Positions 1 through 13,270 of a stretch of DNA of 64,000 nucleotides are shown here, in pieces. Under the pieces are notes generated by a model. That model was given only the letters and a program-made list of their open reading frames with translations, was not told where the DNA came from and made no database searches. The stretch covers positions 378,758,001 to 378,822,000 of the forward strand of contig NW_027362767.1 in assembly GCF_046119375.1 (NCBI RefSeq), in the 5' to 3' direction. Made by a program: the position numbers and the translations under genes. The DNA comes from Phyllobates terribilis. Lineage: Eukaryota. Position 1 is the first letter of the stretch. Each line of letters begins with the position of its first letter.

Positions 1-153
1 CATCTTGGATGGCATGCAGATGCATATGCCCGACCTCCACATCATCGGTGTCTATGTGATTGTATCAGACATTTATAGGGATTATATCGGATATTTACAG
101 TATTTTTGGCCCGTGGACACCCGGGATATATACGTATGCAAATTGCCTCTGCA

Positions 154-450
154 GAGAGGAAGAGGACTTGAATTCTATAGCGCCACCTGTTCGAAGCAGC
201 AATCCTACAAGCTATTATCGACCCTTGCACTGTGATTTAGGATAAAAGCCAAATGAGAATCTCAATTTGCAGACACGGTGTTTTGGGGTACTGCCCCTCA
301 TCAGTGCAAAGTATGAAAACTGAATTGGCTAGGTGTGAGGCTCTGGACTGAAGCAATTTGCACATTAAATTTCCCAGAGGAGCATTGCATGGCGAATAAG
401 CCTCCTTCCACTGGCATTGCAGAGCCAGTATGTCACTCTCCACAGGGATG
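154..450 (-). mobile_element. Penelope/retrozyme-like short repeat carrying a hammerhead motif (copy 1)
   Basis: The reverse complement matches 14155-14466 plus 15026-15082 (shared gggtcgataat, ctttgcactgatgagg, tcctcttcctct blocks). Contains a CTGATGA hammerhead core. Boundaries are approximate. Confidence 0.7.
266..310 (-). ncRNA. Minimal type I hammerhead ribozyme motif, catalytic G mutated
   Basis: Minus strand reads tttgca-CTGATGA-gggg cagta cccc-AAAAC-accgt-GTC-tgcaaa. Helix I and helix II pair perfectly. The required GAAA is AAAA. Confidence 0.75.
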
Positions 451-698
451 TATACGGTAATTCAGACCAGAAGTCTGTGATAAATGCATCCATCACCAAT
501 CAAAAAAAATAAATAAAGCTGCAGGCAAATACATGCTGTTTTTTTTTTTTTTTTGCTTGTAGTGGTCCTCTGTATAGGAAAAGATAAACTGTATGGCAGT
601 GGATTAAGGGGTTTTCTGCTCATAAAGGATAAAAAGCCATGCTTACCCCCAAAATGCACCAGCCGCATTTCTGAAGTCAAGTGACTGGTGGTCAGCAC

Positions 699-984
699 CA
701 GGGCTGTGGAGTCGGTATAAAATGGACCGACTCCTAAAATATATAATAAATTGGGTACAGTAGTTCAATGCAGTTTGTGGGGAATAGTTTTTCATAAGAA
801 TTTGGGAAAGTTATGAAATGTCCTATACATGTCTGTCCTATTCCTGATCTAAGGATCTAGACTTTTAGCTGAGATGAATCTGCGCTACAGTAAATTTATC
901 ACTTACACATGAGCCGTGTATGAGGGAGTCGGAGTCATGGAAATCGAGGAGTCGGAGGTTTGGCTTACCCACTTCACAGCCCTG
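699..984. mobile_element. Non-autonomous hAT element (MITE)
   Basis: Termini cagggctgtg...cacagccctg; 8-bp TSD gtcagcac/gtcggcac (7/8). Confidence 0.8.
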
Positions 985-2135
985 GTCGGCACGTCATGGC
1001 TTCTGGTCCAGTGGAGACCATCAAGGCGGCAGCAACGGGTGAATTTCAGGAGTGACTATGGCTTCCCACTGTGAGCTAGCTGCCTCGTAGGCTTATTCGA
1101 GGCTAAGGATAGGAGATCCAGGCGTCAGGCCGGGTTTCCCCCTCACACGTCCATGTTATACCGGTACCGGAGAAAACAGGGCTGGTGTCATCAGTGACTT
1201 GGATCAGTGTGTCATCTGTTTTTTTTTCCGGTGTGGCTTAAGAAAAATCAATTCCAAAGCTTCTATAATTTTCAATGTTAAACATGGACGATAGACTTTT
1301 ATTGGCCCATGTCATTAATGTTGCCTGAAAGAAACAGACATGTTTAAGTGTGGTCTACATGGACAGGCAGTCCGTGTGAATGCACAGACGTGACGATCAC
1401 CATAGGCTTTAATTGGTACTTGTGGATAAGTGTCTCCGATACCTATGAAAACAGATGCCACACGTATCGAAAACCCGTACATGTGAAGGGGGTCTTGGGG
1501 CCTGTTCAGACTGCTGTATTTTGGGTCCGTGTGAACACCGGACAGCACACTGGTCCAAAAGTAACCAGTCTGTCTACACTAAGAATTTTTCATATGGAAC
1601 TAAAAAAAAAAAAATATGGAAGCATGCGCTAAGTATTTATTTTTTACAATTCACAAACCGGACTCGTGCTTATCAAGAATGGGCCACTCCTGCTCTCATC
1701 CATTATGGGATGATTACTGGCCATGGAGTCAGTCATATTCGCAGTTTGCAGATAAAACTTTCCTAAGTTTTAGACGGCGGTGTGAACCCAGCCTGTAATA
1801 ATTTGAGCGCCTGCCTCTAACAGCAAAGACTGGAGCACGCTCAGATTGCTGCTGATAACAACTTTCATGCTGCTGTTGCCAGAAACTGACATCAATGTTT
1901 GTTTTGTTTTTTTTTTTAACTCAGTTTATTGAATATTATACAACACAGCAAGGTTTCATCATAGACCAAAGAATATTTCTCATTAATGCTGTCTGGCAAA
2001 GTTATCCTTCCCCCTTAATGTACCATGGGTCTAATCTCTTTACCAAAACCATGAGACCCCCATGTCCTGCACCAGCTATCACATACTTTATCATGAGAGG
2101 ATGCTCCTCATTGCCTGGGGACTAATGATCCTTAA

Positions 2136-2252
2136 AAGAAACCGGTCAGCAGGATTGTGCTAAGTAAACTACAGGCAGTGTCAGGTTGGTGCAGTTACAC
2201 TGATTAAAATGATACCTGGGTTGATGAAATCCGTCCTGCTGTCAGATTCCCT
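2136..2252. mobile_element. Small Kolobok/T2-type MITE
   Basis: TTAA on both flanks; imperfect TIR aagaaaccggtcagcagg...cctgctgtcagattccct. Confidence 0.55.
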
Positions 2253-4450
2253 TTAAAGTGGAACCAAACCAAGGCTCCTGCACCTTATCACATTTTTCAG
2301 GACATTGTCTATTTTTATTTAGCACCATCTCATTTACCATACTGACCCGGTGTGAAATTCATAAGGGTCTTCTATCCATCCATCTCATTTCAGCGGTGCA
2401 GTCCTGTAATCGTAGCGCCCTAGAGAATCATATTGGCAGCTCATTATTGACGCGCAATGCATGCTGTAAAAAACAATGGAGGAATTAGTTGTTTTTTTTT
2501 CTTCTCATTTTTCAGTACATTATATGGTGACATTAATGATGTAATTTCAAACTACAACTCAGCACTCAAAAAACAAGGGCTATGGCTTGTGGAAAAAGAA
2601 GTATGAAAAAACAAAAGTGTAAAAAAATAAAATGTCTTCATCATTAAGGAGTTAATAACAAGCCCGCAACCGCCCCAGAATTGGCGCATCCAATGAGATG
2701 TGCCAATTTTGGCCCTTTGCCCAACTCTTCCTGATTGTCCTGGTGCGGTGGCAATCGGGTAATGGTAGTTGGGGTTGATGACTGCTGTGATTAGTCCCTT
2801 ATTCACCTATTTATTACCCAAAATGTTCCTACGAAGCTCCGCCATAGTCCACGTTCCTCAAATATGGCTCCCGAGACTGAATAGCAGTATAGTAACCGCT
2901 ATTCACAGGCGCTGGGTAGTGATGACAACACTCATCAGAGCCGCCAGATCTAATCTATCTCTATTCGGAGGGTTCGGGCTGTGAATTTACTGTACTCGGC
3001 TGAAGTGTAGGATTTCCTTTGAGATTTGTGCATAAAAATCGAGCAGCATACGCATGGTCGGTCTGCCTTCTATTTTTTTTCTCGCACCCATTGTCTTGCA
3101 TTGGCGAGTCTTGTCCGATATATGCGGCCACTTGCAGCATGCTGCAGGTGAGCACTGACACATTTACTAACAGAGTGCAACAGGATATTTTCTCGCCTCC
3201 TCCATATTATACCAGTCTAAGCTGTATTTTGGTGCATGTCATTTTTAAAACGTGCAGGATCTATCCTTATCCTCATGGTCTGTAACTTGCCATTCAATCT
3301 CTTTCAGTGGACAGTTCCTTTTCATTAGCATTCTGCCAGCACTATAGATATTGGAACTTCCTTTGTGTTAAGTCTGTATATAGTTAGGCAAATAGAAGAG
3401 TAGGAGCAGAGAAGAGGCAAATACCGGCCCCCCACTTCCTGTAATCCATCCCTGAGTCTTTCTTCTAGAGACTGGTTTTACTTTACAATAAGCGCTGGAC
3501 ATACAGTAGGGATACACCTAGTGGCCAGAGCGTAGAAGTGATTTTTCAGAAGTAAGACAACATTATTTTTAAAGACTAATGAAATGTTTCTAAAGTTTTT
3601 ACATGTTTCATTGCCCTTGCAATTACTAGCAGATCGGTCCTAAGACCCCCCACCTATTGCTCAGGTCACAGTTCAGGAGACGGGCGCACACGCAGCTTCC
3701 AGTATGGATACAACAGAATGCATAGGCTTCTAACCTAATCTTTCTATAGGATTCACTCCCCACTGTATGTGTGCTCCTATCGGTGCAATTTCTGAGTGAT
3801 AGGTGGGGTCTCAGGACCCGGACCACCACATATCTTCTTGTAATTACAAAGGTAGTGATGGGTTATCTAATGCTGTAATATGTCTGTGCAGGTGTAAATG
3901 TTTGCTAAATCCAGTGCAGGTGGAGATAATTTTAGTGTTTAGATCCAGGTAGAAGATAACCTCGTGATCACATTTAACAGGAGCAGTTACACCCATCATT
4001 CACAGGGCTACTACTTCGGGGCAGCATGTATGGAATCCGCACACAAAGAGCAATGCATATTCCCAGCTGCCGTGTTTGCACTGGTTGAGTTATGGTTTGG
4101 TCGTGTTGATTTGGGCAGAGCTTTATCAAAGTCATTCATTTTCCGGGTAGGACGTAATGATGAGTGCAGCCACAGTTACTATTTGCATTTGCTACACAGG
4201 GATGGCTGCTTCATACGTGACCGTGCCGCTCCCCACATGTGCATTGTGCTAGCCGCCATCTGGGTGTGTTAAACCCACGCCAAATAACTGAGATCAAGGC
4301 TCACAAATCCCTAATGATTTTTCAATGAGCATTTAAGGTGTACTTGTCATTGTAGGTAACTTCAGAATAAGTTGCAGTGTGTGTTCATGGTTTTATATGA
4401 CTTGTATCCTGCAGTTTTCACTAGTTATTCCCCTCTGCATGTTCTCTCTC

Positions 4451-4853
4451 AATATCCCTTACACAATACCCAGAGAGCTGGATTTCTGCAGTTCTTCCTT
4501 TGCAGTACACAGAAGCAGTTGCAGTATGGAAAACATAGTACTGAGCTGAGTAGCTGTGAATCCAGCACCAATTAGAATGGAGACAATTTGCTATATCTCC
4601 AATACACAGCACCCAGAGAGATGGATTTCTGCAGCTGTTCCTTTGCAGCACACAGAAGCAGTAGCAGCATGGAAACATTGTACTGAGCTGCGTGGCTGTG
4701 AATCCAGCACCAATTAGAGTGGAGACAATCTGCTATATCTCCCATACACACAAATCAGATAGATTTCTGCCGTTCTTCCTTTGCAGCACACATACAGAAG
4801 CAGTAGCAGCAGTGAAATTTTGTACTGAGCTGTGTGGCTGTGATTCCAGCACT
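4451..4853. repeat. 142-bp tandem repeat, about 3 diverged copies
   Basis: The anchor tccagcac recurs at 4561, 4703 and 4845; gatttctgc...cctttgcag...cagaagcagt...tactgagctg also repeats. Confidence 0.85.
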
Positions 4854-5368
4854 GAATACATTTGATGAAATCTGCAGCGTGATTTACTTGTGTTAGCCTG
4901 GTCTCTCACTGTGCTGAGTTCTCCTCACTCTTTCACTCTTACTCCCCATTTTTATTTGACCGTTTTTTCATTTTTTTGGCTCCATTTTGCACATTGAAAA
5001 TAGCACTTTTATGCTTGTTTGTCATTTATCACTATATGTCTGAAGAAGAAGAAAGGGGTACAACTGGTACTGAGGGGGAGAGGACCCTGCTCTCTAAGGA
5101 AGAAGACAGTAGGTCCGGGTGTTGGAAAAGCAGCGGTGGTAGTGAGCTGGCAGTGGGGTTATAGCACTTAATGGTTTATCATGCTGGTTATATGGATTGC
5201 ATCCTATTGCCAGATTTTGGTTCTGCCTCAACAGACGGATTTTGAAAATGTTTTATTTGTTTTTTCTAGCTTTCTGTGTTTGCTATGTTGATTTATTATT
5301 GTTAAAATTTAGAAAGTATAAACGATCTTTTGTATGCGCCTTTCCTCCTTTTTGAATTATATGTTTTA

Positions 5369-5562
5369 GGCCACCTTCACACTTTCAGCATTTGGTCAGT
5401 ATTTTCGATCAGTATTTGTAAGCCAAAATCAGGAGTGGGTGATAAATACAGAAGTGGTGACGTGTTTCTATTATACTTTTCCTCTGATTGTTCCTCACCT
5501 GGTTTTGGCTTACAAATACTGATGTAAAATACTGACCAAATACTGATATTGTGAACGTGGCC
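5369..5562. mobile_element. PIF/Harbinger-type MITE
   Basis: ggccaccttcac...gtgaacgtggcc termini, TTA on both flanks, palindromic body. Related copies at 57785 and 61381. Confidence 0.8.
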
Positions 5563-6648
5563 TTATTTGTAAAGAATTTTTACACATTATTTCATATTCT
5601 CACGTTACAGATTTTGCATTGCAAATCTGCAGAAAAAAACCCACAAAACATTATGGTTCACATACATGACCGATTTCTCCATATCTGAGAAAAATGGTCC
5701 GAAAACTCTGATCAGACTTTGATCAGAGCGGCATCAGTTTTTCTCAGACATGGAAAGAAAAAAAGAAAAAAAAGTTTTCGCACCCTCTCTATTCTGTCAG
5801 TCCGTGAAAATCGGAGCGCACCCAGATGTCGATTTTTTTTTTTTTTTTTTTTTTTGCCGACCCATAGACTTGCATTGCTGATTTTCATCCGACACTGATC
5901 AAAATAGGACTTGTCTCCAATTCTTACCGCGGATCACTCGGTCCGAGGGAAAAAAAAACGGACATGTGCACAGCCCCACGGAATATCAAAGGTAAGAGTG
6001 CAATCCGACAAAACCACAGGTAACACACGTCCAAGTAAATCGACCTTTAATGTAAAAAAAATATTAAAGCATGCTGCGGGTTTTTAAATGTTAAAAATGT
6101 GGCAAATTTTTGCACCGGATATCATCTCTTCATTATAGGGTGCAGCACAGTTTGCAGCAAGGATATAAGTACATTTTCTTGCAGAGTCGCCAGTGGAAAA
6201 AAAGTTGCATTATATTTCCACCCAGGAATGTAAATTGTAGTATTAGTCAGATGTCAGTTGCCCCCTTATCATGTAATTTGTAGGTTTAAAGTCCAAGCCA
6301 GGCGCATGTTGACTTACTCCAGTGTAAGCCATATCTATTATTCCATAATACCATTCCAAACAGGCGTGGAATCAGCTTCTAGAACTCCGAAACACTGAGA
6401 GAAGGATTTATGAAGGCATTCAGTCCGGTAAGTGCAGCTCTCTTCCTCCGAAAGATTGTCCTATATGTATACAGGCAGATATATGTGCAGATGCTATGTA
6501 CTCAGTAGTGTTGGTGGTCCCTAGGGCAACGGCGGAGGGGTAGAACTTAGATATTAAACGTGGCAATTATCAATCAAAAAGAAAAACACACAGTGAGCAG
6601 GTGCCAGCAACACTACTGCTGGTGGGTCCCTCCATGTATATTATCACC

Positions 6649-6926
6649 CAGGCTCGGACTGACCCACAGGAGAACAGGTGAATTCCCCGGTATGCCCCTC
6701 TGCAGGAGATGGCCCCCCAGTCTTCTATATGAGCAGTTGTTGGCACAATAAACTTGATTTTCTATGTACAGACAATGACCGCATCTTATCAATCATTTAA
6801 CAAACTACCTTGCTTAATGTACAAAAGGTTTGTGACAGAGGGTAATGCAATATTTGCATGTAGCTGAAAAGGGGGCCCTCACAGTCAATGTTACTGGCGG
6901 GCCCTTGGCATCCCAGTCCAACACTG
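6649..6926. mobile_element. Non-autonomous hAT element
   Basis: caggctcggact...agtccaacactg termini with a perfect 8-bp TSD ttatcacc (6641-6648 and 6927-6934). Confidence 0.85.
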
Positions 6927-8676
6927 TTATCACCCCTCCTTATACTCTACGAAGCCAAGGGGGCGATCAACACAACAGTCAGCCAGGGATGAATTTCTGA
7001 CTTTTTTGTTGCATAGTTGCATTACTAGATGGCATTTTCTCTGTATGTGAGAAAGTGTGACGGCAGCCATATAGAAGTATCTGGCAGCGATTTACTACCC
7101 TCTTGCACATTCGGCCAAGCTGAGCGTGCATGTGTTGGGGTGGATCACTCGCTGTGCAGCTGACAGCCATTCGAGGTGTTTGACCAGCTTTAGGTCACCG
7201 AGTAAAGATATGACTACAAATATGTTTGCTATTCAAATACTTATGCAGGTGCTGCATCCTGTAGTTGATCAAAAATGCAATGAACATAAAGGAGAAAAAG
7301 AACTACATTAGGATGAGCACACCTGAGATTTCATAAAAAAGTCTAATCAAATTTTATTAGGAAAAATGGCCAAACATTTAAAAAACATTTAAAACTAAGC
7401 ACCATGACAACACCCGATTCTACATGAAACAGATGAATCAAATAATGTGCTCCATTGGTTACCTGTTTAGGTGGCATTTGCATATTTTCATTAGTCCAAT
7501 TACTTTTGGACTATATATTATCTATGAGACATGTTTATAGATTTGTTACACTGGTATTATCTTAAGCATATCAACTGCATATATTAAAATACATATATTG
7601 TTTATATTGGTTGTATATTCTGACTTTGACAGCCTTTTTTGCATATTACATCTTTGTGGTGCTGGGGCTATATTGTGCAATCATGGGACCCTCCTGGTGA
7701 TTACTTATATAACCAATGGAGCACATTATTTGATTCATTTTATATTTCATGTAGAATCAGGTTATGGCATGGTGCTTAGTTTTAAATGTTTGTCTATTTT
7801 TCCTAGTAAAATTTGATTAGATTTTGTATGAAATCTCAGGTGTGCTCATTGTTTTTCAAAATTTTTGAGTACAAAATCTGTCTAATTTTACATTTGCGCA
7901 GTTGAAGACTAAAGTGCAACATTTAAAGTAACATGCAGACTTCTTGTCTAAAATGCACAAAAAAGATAAAAAAAAAACTAAAAAAGAACTTCTTTAATTT
8001 TGTGCAAAATTCATTAACCCGAGGGCAACATGTTGATGAGTTTCACACAAAATAAAATGGCAACAAACACAAGACAAAAAAAGAAAAGTTACTTAAAAAA
8101 AACAACAACCCGCAAATGATGAATCAGGGTCAAAGTTTTCCTTTCTGAAGAAGAAAAATTTGAAATAGTTTCACAGATATAAACAAAGTTTTATCGAAGT
8201 AATTTTCCCTCGACTGGGGACAATGACAGGACAATCAGACACTCCGGACACACAAGAGTCACTATAGGAATATCCCATTTACAATTTATTCATTCATTTC
8301 CAGGAGGAATAACAGTGGCACAGCACAATGCAAAGGTTTTTTTTTCCTAAATGACGCTCTAGAATTGTATACAAGAATTGACAAAAACAGACAGGTTTGG
8401 GTGATGACAGGTCCAAAACCTAAAACAGATCTCATCCAGCTTGACGGATCAGTTTTTGATCCTTGCAGACAGCAATCCTGTGACCATTACAACAGGAAAC
8501 AAATAGTGATTTTATGGTGATGTCTCTTTAGATTACACACAAGATAATATGAAAATGAAAAACACAAAATCCAGCCCTTAAAGGGGTTGTCCAGTACTTA
8601 TTTGAACTGGCTCAATGTATTCAGCATGTGGCCATAAGTTATTTTGTAAATGCCTTTAGTTGTATGTATTGCCTGT

Positions 8677-8990
8677 GAGCGGCGCAATCACTAGCCGCTC
8701 ACAGGCATCACGTGACCCCCGGCTGCAGCCGGCGCTGACATCTGCTGATGAGCGGCGCAATCACTAGCCGCTCACAGGCATCACGTGACCCCCGGCTGCA
8801 GCCGGCGCTGACATCTGCTGATGAGCAGCGCAATCACTAGCCGCTCACAGGCATCACGTGACCCCCGGCTGCAGCCGGCGCTGACATCTGCTGATGAGCA
8901 GCGCAATCACTAGCCGCTCACAGGCATCACGTGACCCCCGGCTGCAGCCGGCGCTGACATCTGCTGATGAGCGGCGCTATCACTAGCCTC
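8677..8990. repeat. CpG-rich 73-bp minisatellite, about 4.3 near-identical copies, inside a Kolobok-like MITE starting TTAAAGGGGTTGTCC at about 8579
   Basis: Unit starts at 8677, 8750, 8823, 8896 and 8969. Confidence 0.92.
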
Positions 8991-9653
8991 TGAGAACGTC
9001 CGCTTACCTAGCGGCATACCCGGCTTTTCTTTTGATTAGTCGACCAGGGGCAACGTCACATGTGTGTCACACTGCAACGATGGCATCGCGCCAAGCCACT
9101 AATCAAAAGAAGAGCTGGAGACGCCATCAGGTGAGAGGCGGTTCTCATGTCTCCCCTCCGATAGCCACAGATTACTAATCCGGTTCCTGCAAATCAGTTT
9201 GTGCTAACTCTGGTGATAACTTGTTTTAACCAAATTGTCTGTATGATTTAGATCTGTGTTGTCCTGACGGCCCCCATGAAGCGGAGCATGCACCTGTAGG
9301 GACGTAGGAGTAGGTGTGGATTTACAATGGCAGATGTTCTGAATGCTGATTGAAGATATAGCAGGTTTACTGGCTGCTGTTTACATCGGCCAATGCAAAG
9401 TGTATGAGAACAAACATTAAAGAGGAAATCTTCCTAATGTACGCCACCAGCAGAAAGCTCAGATGCAATATACACAGAGCACTGAAGGGGTTGTCCCACT
9501 TTTTTTTTCACTTTTTTGCAGTTTTGATAATTTGACAGACGGAGGTCTGACCTTCTAGACTCAAGACAAGTAGGAGGTTACTTGTAAATATTGGATTCCA
9601 GCTCCAAGACCAACAGTAATGTGTGAGCTGCAGTCAAGGTTTGGTATAGTAAT

Positions 9654-9897
9654 CAGGCTCGGACTGGCTCACGGGAGAACAGGAGAATCCTCCGGTGGAC
9701 CCCCATGCAGAAATGGGCTTTCCACTCTACCTATATGAGAAGTAGGTGGCACAGTACATTTGTTTCACTATGTTCAGAAAAGGGCATCATCTCAACCTAC
9801 ATTTAAGAAAATACCCTGTTTATTATTATATAGAAACACAGGCAAATTTGTGAATGAGGGTAATGTGATATTTGCATGTAGCTGAACAGTGGGACCC
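9654..9897. mobile_element. Second, 3'-truncated copy of the 6649-6926 hAT element
   Basis: caggctcggactggctcacgggagaacagg and gagggtaatgtgatatttgcatgtagctga align with 6649-6870. The copy ends where the satellite begins. Confidence 0.7.
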
Positions 9898-9904
9898 AGA
9901 TTCA

Positions 9905-11022
9905 ATTTACCATCAGTGTATCATCAGTATTTGGTCAGTGTCAGTATGTATCATCAGTATTTGGTCAATTTGGTCAGTGTCAGTATGTATCATCAGTATT
10001 TACCATCAGTGTTTCATCAGTATTTGGTCAGTGTCAGTATGTATCATCAGTATTTACCATCAGTGTTTCATCAGTATTTGGTCAGTGTCAGTATTTATCA
10101 TCAGTATTTGGCCAGTGTCAGTATGTATCATCAGTATTTACCATCAGTGTTTCATCAGTATTTGGTCAGTGTGAGTATTTACCATCAGTGTTTCATCAGT
10201 ATTCTGGTCAGTGTCAGTATTTATCATCAGTGCTTCATCAGTATTTGGTCAGTGTCAGTATTTACCATCAGTGTTTCATCAGTATTTGGTCAGTGTCAGT
10301 ATTTATCATCAGTATTTGGCCAGTGTCAGTATGTATCATCAGTATTTACCATCAGTGTTTCATCAGTATTTGGTCAGTGTCAGTATTTATCATCAGTATT
10401 TGGCCAGTGTCAGTATGTATCATCAATATTTACCATCAGTGTTTCATCAGTATTTGGTCAGTGTGAGTATTTACCATCAGAGTTTCATCAGTATTCTGGT
10501 CAGTGTCAGTATTTATCATCAGTGCTTCATCAGTATTTGGTCAGTGTCAGTATTTACCATCAGTGTTTCATCAGTATTTGGTCAGTGTCAGTATTTATCA
10601 TCAGTATTTGGCCAGTGTCAGTATGTATCATCAGTATTTACCATCAGTGTTTCATCAGTATTTGGTCAGGGTCAGTATTTACCATCAGTGTTTCATCAGT
10701 ATTTGGTCAGTGTCAGTATTTACCATCAGTGTTTCACCAGTATTTGGTCAGTGTCATTATTTACCATCAGTGTTTCACCAGTATTTGGTCAGTGTCCATA
10801 TTTACCATCAGTGTTTCATCAGTATTTGGTCAGTATTTACCATCAGTGTTTCACCAGTATTTGGTCAGTGTCAGTATTTACCATCAGTGTTTCATCAGTA
10901 TTTGGTCAGTGTCAGTATTTACCATCAGTATACCATCAGTATTTGGTCAGTGTCAGTATTTACCATCAGTATTTGGTCAGTGTCTGTGTATCATCAGTAT
11001 TTTGTCAGTATTTATCATCAGT
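9905..11022. repeat. Modular CATCAGT satellite (30-, 13- and 11-nt modules; 292-bp higher-order duplication)
   Basis: Modules catcagtatttggtcagtgtcagtatNtaN, catcagtatttac and catcagtgttt. The rare variants gtgagt and tattctgg recur exactly 292 bp apart (10171/10463; 10204/10496). Confidence 0.93.
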
Positions 11023-11327
11023 GAATAAATAAATTGGAAAGCCTCTCCGATACATTATAAATGTAAAAATGGACGTCACACTGATGACACACGGACGGCA
11101 ATGTGAGCTGTCTGTGATTTTTCACAGACTCAAAAACTTGTGTGGCTAATTTTGATCTATGATGTTGATAAAAAAAATCAGAAATCTTGATGATTTTTGC
11201 TCGGACACACGGTCCACAAAAAAACAAGGACAAGTGAATAGCCCTATAGACTATAATGGGTAAATGTTCTATCCGTGAAAATCATGGCTACAGCATGTAT
11301 GTGAAAAACGGATGTCTGAATGAGGCC
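11023..11327. mobile_element. Right end of a Harbinger-type non-autonomous element that hosts the satellite
   Basis: Ends gatgtctgaatgaggcc followed by TTA. The subterminal sequence matches 15370-15416. Left end not found. Confidence 0.5.
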
Positions 11328-12209
11328 TTACTGAGTAGCTATCTCCGAAAACTGCACTGGCATGACAGTCTTCTTTCTTCCTGAGGACTAATTTGCATAC
11401 TTTATCGAAACCTGAAAGACAACAACAGCATCAACATCAAACCCCTCCATTGTATTCTGAGCACAGTCACTTGTAGGGATCCAGATAGAGCAGACGTGGG
11501 GGGTTGTTGTGCGGCCGCAGGTGGTGGAGAGCTCTGATGCCAAAAATTCGGTAATGGGTGTAATACACAAACTCTGTAACTTCAAGTCAGTACTGGAAGT
11601 AGTATCAGCTCTGTGGGTTCAGTGTATGTATGAAGCAGGTTCTTGGCTTTTCTGTCCTTATATGTGTACAAACGCTCTGAATGTATGTGTGTGGTTATAC
11701 AGCTGGAGGGGAAAATGTTGACTTTTTTTAATCTAGTTCCCTGCAAAAAATATTTTTTTTGTAAAAGATTTGCATTATTAATTTTGCCATATTGTACCAA
11801 AAAGTGTCTGAACGTTATACACCTTTATAGTGTCATTTATTACTATTTGCTCAGAAGTTTCTATACTCAACCCTGTTTAGGTGATGATGGGAATCAATAT
11901 CTATCATTATCTATATATCCAAAAAAAGATGAAGACAGCACTCCAAAAGTTCCGATTTTTAGTGGCTTATTGACCCATTGTAATAAAGTGACTTTTCGTT
12001 CCAAGTGTGAAACTTTTTCAACTCACTTGGAACAAAACGTCACCTTATTACAATGGTTCAATAAACCACAAAAAACTGGACTTTTGGAGTGCTGTCTACA
12101 TCTTTTTTGAATACGTATGTATTGAGGTTTGGTTTTGCCTGGTAGGCTTTGCACCCACTAATATATATATTTTTTGCCTTTGCTGGTGCTGCACTTCTAT
12201 TTTTGTAAA

Positions 12210-12263
12210 TATCTATCTATTTACTATCTATACATCTATATATTTACTATCTATCTATCTATC
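12210..12263. repeat. Imperfect (TATC)n microsatellite
   Basis: atctatctat ttactatcta ... ctatctatctatc. Confidence 0.8.
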
Positions 12264-13270
12264 ACAGGATTACATAATGTATTTATGATTCCTGATTGTT
12301 GTACTCTAAAATAATTACAATCTTCTATAGTTGGATTTATATTGTCTGTGCACCACGTGTCGTTATTGTGAGCTGCAGTCATTTATTATTTATTTATACA
12401 TTTTGGATAATGTTTTTCCTTTTTGCTTGTTACTAAAATGTCCACTGATAATCCCACTCTGTTGCCTTGAATGATCCACAAGCTGTGTATTATGCAAAGT
12501 AGAGCTGAATAGCTACATATAAGAAAAGGTAAAAATAGTTCAAAGAGCAAACCATGAAGGGTTAATCCAGCAGCTCTCACATCTGATTAAACTATCAGGT
12601 CTGCACATGTCCTATTGTAATTAAAGGGATCTTGCCATTAGGACTTACCCCTATACCTGGACTAGTCTGCGACCACTGCCCCTCAACCCATCGCTGCTGT
12701 GTTGTCTGTGACTTCCACCTTCCAATGCAGAAGTGAGAGGAGCTGGAAAACCCTCTTTGAAGGTTGTGGACACCTTTGTGGGCATTTTTGTTTTTTTTTC
12801 ACTGAAATGCATGTATTTAGGAGTAAAAATATTTTTTACAATTGGGTTTCATCAAAAATTTTGGCTGGTCCAGCTTTTACAGGATTTATGATTCACTTTA
12901 CATAGCTGGCACAGAATGAGTTAAAAGGTTATTCCCAATATAAGAAAAAAAGTGATAACTTGCTGATCATGGGGGTCTGACCGCTGGGACCATGCCCTTC
13001 TGAATGAATGGGAATGCTGAGATATGGGGCTATTCAGGATAGCTGAGTACAGCACTTGGCTTTTTCCAGCAGTTCTATAGAGAATAGATGGAGTGTTCCC
13101 GCACATGTGTGATCACTGCTCGACTCTGGTCAACCAGTCCAGAATCTCATTCTGGAGATCAATGGTGGGGCTCAATGGTTAGAGCCTTAGCGATCAGCAA
13201 ACTTATATGCGCATACCAAGCCTCCTGTCCTATCAATGTCTATGGGACTGTCGGAGAAAACCGAACATGA

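Noticed and set aside
3964-4272. 102-aa ORF and a possible minus-strand exon
   Set aside because: No recognisable domain and no partner exons.
5036-5108. Acidic mini-ORF MSEEEERG... with a phase-1 GTAGGT donor as a possible NKPD1-like start exon
   Set aside because: No homology and no clear acceptor or promoter; the 17469 start has better splice signals. It cannot be excluded as an alternative.
8744-8990. CTGATGA followed by a stem in each 73-bp unit (hammerhead-like)
   Set aside because: No GAAA after the stem and no helix I or III, so not a hammerhead.
9872-11032. Long ORFs (379, 273 and 173 aa) in all three plus frames
   Set aside because: They come from a satellite whose plus strand lacks stop triplets; the products are periodic, and no frame is preferred.
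11643-12110. 155-aa ORF
   Set aside because: AT-rich repeat-like sequence, non-ATG start, no motifs.
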